A stretch of DNA of 64,000 nucleotides from Bacillota bacterium (GTDB lineage: Bacteria > Bacillota > Clostridia > Caldicoprobacterales > DTU083): NCBI GenBank assembly GCA_029549985.1, contig JAKPIB010000035.1:29319-93318 (forward strand), read 5' to 3'. Every line of letters begins with the position of its first letter. Position 1 is the stretch's first letter. The position numbers were made by a program, and so were the translations under genes. The notes beneath the pieces are model-generated. The model saw only the letters and a program-made list of their open reading frames with translations. It was not told the origin of the DNA and made no database searches. This document shows positions 57,357 to 64,000 of this stretch, in pieces.

Positions 57357-58114
57357 TAGGAGCCTTGGTATTTTTGCTGGGATTGTTCATTGGAAGCTTT
57401 TTCAATGTATGCATCTACCGTATCCCATATGAACGATCCATAGTATTCCCGCCGTCCCACTGCCCATCCTGCAGTCACAGACTTGGAACCTTGGATCTTA
57501 TCCCAGTTTTCAGTTATTTGCTTTTAAAGGGCAAATGCCGTTATTGCGGCAGCAGGATCTCGGTACAGTACCCGCTGATAGAGCTCTTGACCGGGGGAGT
57601 TTTTCTTTACTTATATTTGCATTTTGGCCTGACCTGGCAGCTGTTGACAAGCATAGTTCTGGTATCCCTGCTATTGATCATGACAGTCATTGATATCAAG
57701 CATATGATAATACCAGATGAGCTTGTTGCTTTCGGTATTGTTTCAGCGTTCATATTCCAGATAGCCGGGATTTCCCAGATCGGATACTTAAGTGCCATTT
57801 ACGGAACCCTGCTTGGCGGCGGAGTGTTTTTGCTCATAGCCCTGTTTTCAATGCTGGTGCTGAAGAAAGAAGGTATGGGCGGCGGTGATATCAAGCTTAT
57901 GGCTATGATAGGGGCGCTGACAGGGTGGAAAGCGACTCTGCTGTCAATGGTGCTATCGGTCTATTTAGGAGGCTTGTTGGGTGGTATTTTACTACTTTTA
58001 AAGGTAAAAAGGCGAGGCGATTACATACCCTATGGGCCATTTATAGCTATGGCAGCGGTGATATCCCTTTTATGGGGAGATAATATCATAAGCTGGTGGC
58101 TGGCCTTATTCTAG
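57353..58114 (+). CDS. pilD: prepilin peptidase / N-methyltransferase (A24 family)
   Basis: ORF 57320..58114. ATG 57353 overlaps the aroE TGA. N-terminal CPSC...CRYC motif, polytopic, catalytic-Asp motif GGGDIKL. Confidence 0.92.
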   Translation: MIGALVFLLGLFIGSFFNVCIYRIPYERSIVFPPSHCPSCSHRLGTLDLIPVFSYLLLKGKCRYCGSRISVQYPLIELLTGGVFLYLYLHFGLTWQLLTSIVLVSLLLIMTVIDIKHMIIPDELVAFGIVSAFIFQIAGISQIGYLSAIYGTLLGGGVFLLIALFSMLVLKKEGMGGGDIKLMAMIGALTGWKATLLSMVLSVYLGGLLGGILLLLKVKRRGDYIPYGPFIAMAAVISLLWGDNIISWWLALF

Positions 58115-58121
58115 CAGATTT

Positions 58122-58154
58122 AAAAAACCGGCTGCATACAGCAACCGGCTTTTT
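58122..58154. terminator. bidirectional terminator
   Basis: A6, CCGGCTGC-ataca-GCAACCGG (one mismatch), T5. Lies between pilD (+) and the YjcZ-like gene (-). Confidence 0.6.
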
Positions 58155-58199
58155 GACCTTATGAACATCTGTACGATTCTTTGGAGCCTTTAGTTATAA

Positions 58200-58400
58200 C
58201 TAGCAGTTTCTGTTAGAGCCAGAGCCTATCGAGCCACAGACGTTATTGCTGTTGAACAGCACTACTAATAGCAGGAAGAAGAACAAGAGCTCGCTGCCGT
58301 CTCTGAAGAATCTGCAGTTTGAGAAGAGGATTATAAGAAGCAGGAAGAAGAATAACAAAGAATCGTCATTGTTGCCTCTGCCAGCAAAGCCATATCCCAT
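58200..58400 (-). CDS. small Phe/Leu-rich protein, YjcZ-like (sporulation tiny-TM family), tandem duplicated
   Basis: ORF 58200..58409. ATG at 58400 lies 6 nt after a perfect GGAGGTG. Two copies of the unit S(L/E)LLFFFLLL(I/V)(I/V)LF(S/N). Gly/Asn/Cys-rich ends. Confidence 0.5.
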   Translation of the reverse strand: MGYGFAGRGNNDDSLLFFFLLLIILFSNCRFFRDGSELLFFFLLLVVLFNSNNVCGSIGSGSNRNC

Positions 58401-58528
58401 ACAGTTCACCTCCTAATAGATCTCAGAGTATATAATATTAATTTATAGGATAATACGTGCATATATTGGTCATTCTAGATATACTGGCCAATAGAGTACA
58501 CCTGGAATACTCGAGGAAGGTGAATAGT

Positions 58529-58747
58529 GTGTTTGAATCACTAGGTAAGATCCTGGCGGCAGCAGGAGCAGTGCTCCTGGTCATTGGCGGCTTGATGTAT
58601 CTGTTTTCAAAGCTGGGCCTTAATCAGCTTCCAGGCGACATAGTCATCAAAAAAGGCAACTTCACCTTTGTATTTCCCGTTGTATCCTGCATTGTGATTA
58701 GCCTGGTTTTGTCGCTGATTTTTTTCATTATAAACAAGCTGAGATAG
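58529..58747 (+). CDS. DUF2905-like small membrane protein
   Basis: ORF 58457..58747. GTG 58529 lies 8 nt after GAGGAAGG. Family-like LPGDIVIKKGNFTFVFPVVSCIVISLVLSLI. Confidence 0.7.
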   Translation: MFESLGKILAAAGAVLLVIGGLMYLFSKLGLNQLPGDIVIKKGNFTFVFPVVSCIVISLVLSLIFFIINKLR

Positions 58748-58760
58748 ACTCAGCTTTTTT
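58736..58760 (+). terminator. intrinsic terminator
   Basis: AAGCTGAG-ataga-CTCAGCTT (8 bp, with the stop codon in the loop), then a T run. Confidence 0.65.
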
Positions 58761-58784
58761 GTTTGAAGGGGGAGAAGCGTTTTT

Positions 58785-59321
58785 ATGGACCTGACTATCA
58801 GGGGGATACGCCAGGAGGAGTATGATCAGGTTTACCATTTCCAATGTGAGTACCTCGACAAAGAAACCTTTGATGATTTTTTAAGGAGAGTAAGTTCCCG
58901 ATCAGGCATATACCTTGCTGCATTCGCAGGCGATGATCTTACGGGCATATGCTATGGTTGTCCATCGACCAGAAACAGAACAGCCTTTAGCATTCAGGGG
59001 ATTGCAGTGAGCCTGGACAATGATAAAGGATATGCCAGGAAAGGCATTGGTTCAAAGCTGTTGGCCGCTTTAAGCAGCTTGGCCTTTGAAGCAGGATATG
59101 AGTCCCTTGATGTTGGAGCCGCTGATGATGCCGGCGTTGAAGCCTTTTATATCAAAAACGGTTTTGAACCTTACGAACTGGTAGCAAAGCAGAAAGGCAA
59201 TATTGAAATAGAAAGGGTCAGGATCAAGGACTACGGATCCGGAAAAAAAGAACAGCAAAGGTTGAGAGAAAAGCACAGCCCTGACGAAGTGATCTTCATA
59301 TTTAAAAAGCAAATAAAGTAA
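58785..59321 (+). CDS. GNAT-family N-acetyltransferase
   Basis: 178 aa. Acetyl-CoA-binding-type motif ARKGIGSKLL and FYIKNGFEP. Confidence 0.8.
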   Translation: MDLTIRGIRQEEYDQVYHFQCEYLDKETFDDFLRRVSSRSGIYLAAFAGDDLTGICYGCPSTRNRTAFSIQGIAVSLDNDKGYARKGIGSKLLAALSSLAFEAGYESLDVGAADDAGVEAFYIKNGFEPYELVAKQKGNIEIERVRIKDYGSGKKEQQRLREKHSPDEVIFIFKKQIK

Positions 59322-59425
59322 GCCATAGGACAAAAGGCGTATTGTAATCCCACAAAGCGTATAGTAATATTAAGTTGCCTTGGAGTATTCTTCTCAGCAT
59401 CCATTTTAACAAGGAGGGTATCCAC

Positions 59426-60526
59426 ATGGATGGACTTTTGAAGACACCTCTGTTCGACGCATATAGGGAAAAGGCGAAAATCGTTGATTTTGCCGGCTGG
59501 GCCCTGCCACTTTACTTTGAAGGCATTATACCAGAGCATCATGCGGTCAGGGAGACAGCCGGGCTGTTTGATGTGACTCATATGGGTGAGATCGTGGTAT
59601 CAGGCAAGGATGCCTATGAATTTTTAAACAAGCTTCTATCAAATGACCTGTCAACGCTTACAGACTACAGAGTGCAATACTCGCTGATGTTAAACCGGAA
59701 TGGCGGTACTGTTGACGATGTACTGGTTTACAGGTTCTCACAGGACAAATACTGGGTGATAGTAAATGCAGCCAACCGTCAGAAAGACTATAACTGGATA
59801 AGGGAGCAGGCTGTGGGTTATGAGGTTTCCGTCAACGACCTATCGGATTCAATAGCCCAGATTGCCCTGCAAGGCCCAAAAGCCGCTGATATACTAAATG
59901 CGTGCGGATTTGATGCAAGCGAGGTAAGATTTTTTCATTTTGCAGAAAACGTCAGGATACACGACAGGCTATGTCTGATATCTCGCTCCGGTTATACAGG
60001 TGAGGATGGATTTGAGTTGTATATGGAGCCAATGGATGCCCCTGCTATCTGGGCGTATCTGCTTGATATAGGCTCTGCTTTCGGTCTTAAGCCTGCAGGT
60101 TTAGGTTGCAGGGATACGTTAAGGTTTGAAGCTTGCCTGCCCCTGTATGGCCACGAGCTGTCTGAAGACATTACACCATTTGAAGCCGGGCTCGGCAGAT
60201 TTGTAAAGCTGGACAAAGAGGATTTCATAGGCAAATCAGCATTACTTGAGCAGATAGCCGGTGGTCTTGCCAGAAAGCTGACAGGGTTTGAAATGACAGA
60301 TAAGGGAGTGCCGCGCAGCGACTATGAGGTCTGTAAGGACGGAAGGCAGATCGGTTATGTTACAACAGGCTATTTTTCTCCCACTTTGAAGAAAAACCTC
60401 GGCCTTGCCCTCATGGACCATGATTGTACAGCTCCCGGTACAACTATCGATGTGATGATACGGGGCAAAGCTCTGAAAGCTATAACAGTTGAGATCCCCT
60501 TTTATACTAAAAAATATAAGAAATGA
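59426..60526 (+). CDS. gcvT: glycine cleavage system aminomethyltransferase (T protein)
   Basis: ORF 59375..60526. ATG 59426 follows AAGGAGGG. TPLFD..., GLFDVTHMGE and RSGYTGEDGFE motifs. Confidence 0.95.
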   Translation: MDGLLKTPLFDAYREKAKIVDFAGWALPLYFEGIIPEHHAVRETAGLFDVTHMGEIVVSGKDAYEFLNKLLSNDLSTLTDYRVQYSLMLNRNGGTVDDVLVYRFSQDKYWVIVNAANRQKDYNWIREQAVGYEVSVNDLSDSIAQIALQGPKAADILNACGFDASEVRFFHFAENVRIHDRLCLISRSGYTGEDGFELYMEPMDAPAIWAYLLDIGSAFGLKPAGLGCRDTLRFEACLPLYGHELSEDITPFEAGLGRFVKLDKEDFIGKSALLEQIAGGLARKLTGFEMTDKGVPRSDYEVCKDGRQIGYVTTGYFSPTLKKNLGLALMDHDCTAPGTTIDVMIRGKALKAITVEIPFYTKKYKK

Positions 60527-60538
60527 GGAGGAGTAATA

Positions 60539-60922
60539 ATGACTATACTAGAAGGATTATACTATTCAAAAGACCATGAATGGGTCAAGCTAGAAGGCGA
60601 CAAAGCCTATATAGGCATTACTGACCAGGCGCAGTTGGAGCTGGGCGATGTAGTATTTCTTGAGTTGCCTGAGCCTGGCGATGAGTTTAGCGCTGGTGAT
60701 TCCATTGGCGTTGTGGAATCCGTAAAGGCAGCCTCAGACATCTATACCCCGGTTTCCGGCAGAGTGGTCGAAGTCAATGCAGAACTGACAAGCAATCCGG
60801 AGAGGGTGAACGAGGACCCATACGGGAGCTGGATGGTTGTGATGGAGATAGCAGATCACGCCGAGCTTGATGACCTTATGTCACCGGAGGACTATAAAGC
60901 ATATTGCGGTCAGGAGGAATAG
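60539..60922 (+). CDS. gcvH: glycine cleavage system H protein
   Basis: 127 aa with the lipoyl-lysine motif VESVKAASD. Confidence 0.95.
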   Translation: MTILEGLYYSKDHEWVKLEGDKAYIGITDQAQLELGDVVFLELPEPGDEFSAGDSIGVVESVKAASDIYTPVSGRVVEVNAELTSNPERVNEDPYGSWMVVMEIADHAELDDLMSPEDYKAYCGQEE

Positions 60923-60926
60923 TGAG

Positions 60927-62270
60927 ATGTTTCCGTACGTGCCGGCAACGGACAGCGACAAGCGTTATATGCTAGATAAACTCGGCCTGGATGATATTGA
61001 GGACTTGTTCAAGGATATACCGGATAATATAAGGCTGAAGACAGGTTTGAAGCTTGATCAGCCCAAAGCGGAGCTGGAAGTGATGTCAAGCCTGAAGGAG
61101 CTGGCTGATCAAAACCTGGATGCCTCCAAGGCGGCTGTTTTTCTAGGAGCTGGTGCTTATGACCACTACATACCTTCAGTAGTTAAGCACCTTGTAAGCA
61201 GGTCTGAGTTTTACACGGCCTATACCCCCTATCAGCCTGAGATAAGCCAGGGGACCTTGCAGGCTATTTTTGAATACCAGTCTATGATCTGTGCCCTCAC
61301 AGGCATGGATGTATCCAATGCATCATTGTATGACGGGGCAAGCGCGCTGGCTGAAGCTGCACTGATGGCGGCAGATGCGACCGGTAGGAACAAGGTCCTT
61401 GTATCAGCTACTGTGAACCCGGAAAGCCTTCGGGTATTGAAGACTTATCTGAACACCAAGGGTATAGAACTGATGATCATTCCTATGCATGACGGCGTTA
61501 CGGATACAGAAGTCCTGAAAGACAAAGCAGGCAGCGATACGGCCGCCATTCTGATCCAATCACCCAACTTCCTGGGTTACATCGAGGATTTAAGCGAAGC
61601 GGAAAAAGCTGCCCATGAGCATAAGGCGCTCTTTGTAATATCTGTGGACCCAATATCACTGGGCATTTTAAGGACCCCTGCCGAATGGAATGCAGACATA
61701 GCTGTAGGCGAGGGACAATCACTGGGCAGCCCTATGTCCTTTGGAGGCCCCGGGCTTGGTTTCATGGCTTGCAAATCTGCCCTGGTCAGGAGAATGCCCG
61801 GCAGGATAATAGGCCAGACTCGGGACATAAACGGGAAAAGAGGCTTTGTGTCTACGCTGCAGACCAGAGAGCAGCATATACGCCGGGATAAGGCAACATC
61901 GAATATTTGTTCAAATCAGGCATTGAACGCCCTGGCCGCCTGCATATATTTGTCAACGGTAGGCAGGGAAGGCATAAAGGAAATAGCCTTGCAGTGCTGG
62001 CACAAAGCGCACTATGCCGCATCAGCCATGACCAGGACAGGCCGGTTCAGCCTGGCATTCGATCAGCCATTCTTTATGGAATTTCCTATTACATCAGATC
62101 TTGATCCTGATGTGATACAGTCTTCCTTGCTAAAGAACGGGATCATCGGAGGACTGTCATTGGAAAAATACTATCCGGAGCTTAAAAATACGATCTTATA
62201 CTGCGTGACTGAGAAACGGACCCGTTTGGAAATCGACACCCTGTGCAGCGTATTGGAGGGATTGAAGTGA
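60927..62270 (+). CDS. gcvPA: glycine dehydrogenase (decarboxylating) subunit 1
   Basis: ORF 60867..62270 with ATG 60927. [10 protein letters not shown] terminus and [11 protein letters not shown] motif. Confidence 0.95.
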   Translation: MFPYVPATDSDKRYMLDKLGLDDIEDLFKDIPDNIRLKTGLKLDQPKAELEVMSSLKELADQNLDASKAAVFLGAGAYDHYIPSVVKHLVSRSEFYTAYTPYQPEISQGTLQAIFEYQSMICALTGMDVSNASLYDGASALAEAALMAADATGRNKVLVSATVNPESLRVLKTYLNTKGIELMIIPMHDGVTDTEVLKDKAGSDTAAILIQSPNFLGYIEDLSEAEKAAHEHKALFVISVDPISLGILRTPAEWNADIAVGEGQSLGSPMSFGGPGLGFMACKSALVRRMPGRIIGQTRDINGKRGFVSTLQTREQHIRRDKATSNICSNQALNALAACIYLSTVGREGIKEIALQCWHKAHYAASAMTRTGRFSLAFDQPFFMEFPITSDLDPDVIQSSLLKNGIIGGLSLEKYYPELKNTILYCVTEKRTRLEIDTLCSVLEGLK

Positions 62271-63706
62271 GTTATGACCGCCTGATTATCGAATGCTCAA
62301 AGAAAGGCAGAAGGGCATACAGCCTGCCCAGGCTCGATGTTCCCGAGACAGCCTTGCCCGATAGCCTTCTCAGGGCAGAAGACGCAGCCCTGCCGGAGGT
62401 TAGCGAGGTCGATGTGGTAAGGCACTTTACAAACCTGTCGCAGAAAAACTATGCTGTTGACATTGGGATGTATCCCTTGGGCTCATGCACTATGAAATAT
62501 AACCCCAAGCTCAATGAAGATGCAGCCAGCCTTCCAGGCTTTTCTGACATCCATCCTCTACAACCTGAAAGCACTGTCCAGGGTGCACTAAAGCTCATGC
62601 ATGAAATGGAGCGGATGCTTTGCGAGATAACAGGCATGTCCGCATTTTCCCTCCAGCCTGCTGCGGGAGCCCAGGGAGAAGCAGTAGGCCTGATGATCAT
62701 AAAGGCCTATCATCTGCACAAGGGTGATGAGAAGCGCAACCGTATAATCGTGCCCGATACAGCCCATGGCACCAATCCTGCCAGCGCCAGCATGGTCGGT
62801 TTTAAAGTCACCCAGGTAAAATCAAATGAAGACGGGGAGATCGACCTGGATGATCTTAAAGCCGCGCTGGGGGAAGATGTAGCGGGCCTTATGCTGACCA
62901 ACCCCAATACTCTGGGCTTGTTTGAAAGGAATATTGAACTTATAGCCAAGCTTGTACATGACTGCGGCGGACTCCTATATTATGACGGTGCCAACGCCAA
63001 TGCCATAATTGGCAAAGCAAGGCCCGGAGATATGGGCTTTGATGTCATGCATTTAAATCTGCATAAAACCTTTTCTACGCCTCATGGCGGTGGCGGACCG
63101 GGGAGCGGTCCGGTCGGCGTAGTAGAAAAGCTGAAGGATTTTCTACCTGTACCTGTTGTTTCAAAGTCGAATGATAAATACTATCTGGACTGGGATAGGC
63201 CTCTTTCAATAGGTAAGGTCAAAGCCCACTATGGTAATTTCGGAGTAGTAGTCAGAGCATACGCATATATCCTGTCAATGGGAGCGGAAGGTCTGCAAAA
63301 GGTAAGTGAAACCGCAGTCCTTAACGCAAATTATATGATGCATGCCCTCAAGGACCTTTATGAGCTGCCTTATGACCGTACATGCATGCATGAGTTCGTA
63401 CTGAGCAGACTGAAGGACAATCCTGAAAATATCACCACGAAGCAGATTGCAAAACGTCTGCTCGATTATGGCCTGCATCCTCCTACCACCTATTTCCCGC
63501 TCATTGTTCGTGAAGCTTTGATGATAGAGCCGACAGAATCTGAGAGCATTGAATCCTTGGACAGGTATATCGATGCATTGATAAGTATAGCCCATGAGAC
63601 TGTAGAGGCACCTGAGCTTTTGAAAGAAGCACCGCATGATACACCGGTGAGGCTGCTGGATGAGGTGTCAGCCGCAAGGACCCCTGTACTCAAATGGAAT
63701 GACTAA
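62267..63706 (+). CDS. gcvPB: glycine dehydrogenase (decarboxylating) subunit 2
   Basis: ORF 62243..63706. GTG 62267 makes a GTGA overlap with gcvPA. PLP-lysine motif [18 protein letters not shown]. Confidence 0.95.
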   Translation: MSYDRLIIECSKKGRRAYSLPRLDVPETALPDSLLRAEDAALPEVSEVDVVRHFTNLSQKNYAVDIGMYPLGSCTMKYNPKLNEDAASLPGFSDIHPLQPESTVQGALKLMHEMERMLCEITGMSAFSLQPAAGAQGEAVGLMIIKAYHLHKGDEKRNRIIVPDTAHGTNPASASMVGFKVTQVKSNEDGEIDLDDLKAALGEDVAGLMLTNPNTLGLFERNIELIAKLVHDCGGLLYYDGANANAIIGKARPGDMGFDVMHLNLHKTFSTPHGGGGPGSGPVGVVEKLKDFLPVPVVSKSNDKYYLDWDRPLSIGKVKAHYGNFGVVVRAYAYILSMGAEGLQKVSETAVLNANYMMHALKDLYELPYDRTCMHEFVLSRLKDNPENITTKQIAKRLLDYGLHPPTTYFPLIVREALMIEPTESESIESLDRYIDALISIAHETVEAPELLKEAPHDTPVRLLDEVSAARTPVLKWND

Positions 63707-63728
63707 ACAAGCCGAAAGGCTTGTTTTT
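63705..63728 (+). terminator. intrinsic terminator after the gcv operon
   Basis: AAACAAGCC-gaaa-GGCTTGTTT followed by TT. Confidence 0.8.
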
Positions 63729-63795
63729 CCTTAGCAGGATATTGGCCTTTTCCATAGAAAAAATACATTAGCAATAATATTCAGGGTGGGGTTTG

Positions 63796-64000
63796 ATGCA
63801 GACGGATGAGAAGCTTTATTGGGTTTGGTTGAGCAATGTGCCTGGCATTGGAGCAAGGCGCTTTTATAAGCTGATAAGCGCTTTGGGCAGTCCTAAGAAT
63901 GTTTTCGATGCACCGGATAGTGAGCTTAAAGCCTTGCCCAGGCTAATAGGCGAAAGATGCACACACCAGCTCGCTTCATCGAGGAATCAAAAGGCTCTAG
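63796..64000 (+). CDS. dprA: DNA processing protein DprA (5' part, runs off the window)
   Basis: My translation is MQTDEKLYWVWLSNVPGIGARRFYKLISALGSPKNVFDAPDSELKAL.., a typical DprA N-terminal SAM-like domain. The frame stays open to the window end. Confidence 0.7.
   Translation, partial: MQTDEKLYWVWLSNVPGIGARRFYKLISALGSPKNVFDAPDSELKALPRLIGERCTHQLASSRNQKAL

Noticed and set aside
56603-57478. 291-aa ORF on the - strand (plus a 209-aa ORF at 56376..57005) antisense to aroE.
   Set aside because: It lies entirely inside the well-supported aroE gene, has no RBS and has an Ser/Ala/Pro/Leu-biased shadow composition. This is a typical antisense shadow ORF.
1-64000. Looked for rRNA, tRNA and tmRNA genes, CRISPR arrays, IS or transposase genes, integrases, phage genes, toxin-antitoxin pairs and known defence systems.
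   Set aside because: I recognised none by eye. All intergenic regions are short (under about 250 nt) and are accounted for by promoters, leaders, terminators or the fab relics. A proper tRNAscan or Rfam scan would be needed to exclude small RNAs.

Overview
This 64 kb window looks like a Firmicutes chromosome, most likely a spore-forming member of the Clostridia. It is densely coding and almost entirely on the + strand. Bases 1-41,700 are a housekeeping backbone in the order known from Bacillus and Clostridium: gmk-rpoZ-priA-def-fmt-rsmB-rlmN-PP2C phosphatase-PASTA kinase-rsgA-rpe, rpmB(-), Asp23/DAK2-recG, an alpha/beta SASP, rsmD-coaD, ylbJ(-), patatin, tmcAL(-), pta-ackA, yceD-rpmF, fapR-plsX-acpP-rnc-radical SAM-smc-ftsY, and ylxM-ffh-rpsP-khpA-rimM-trmD-rplS-lepB-rbgA-rnhB-comM. 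Bases 41,700-58,150 are one co-directional Gram-positive-type type IV pilus locus with no secretin. It runs: a CheY-type receiver with a very long acidic tail, an unassignable 318-aa protein, pilB, pilT, pilC, pilA, a Wzy_C/O-antigen-ligase-like membrane protein, four minor-pilin-like genes, pilM, pilN, pilO, aroE and pilD. After that come a small YjcZ-like gene (-), a DUF2905-like gene, a GNAT, gcvT-gcvH-gcvPA-gcvPB and the 5' end of dprA. I saw no rRNA, tRNA, CRISPR array, IS element or prophage by eye. The best candidates for something undescribed are the two unrecognised genes at the head of the pilus operon, the pilin-adjacent ligase-like gene (possible pilin glycosylation) and the unusual minor pilins. 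Other notable points are frameshifted fabG and fabF relics flanking an intact acpP, an rpmF gene missing from the ORF track, and several leader or operator-like inverted repeats. Every functional call rests on motifs I recognised by eye and on gene order. No database search was run.
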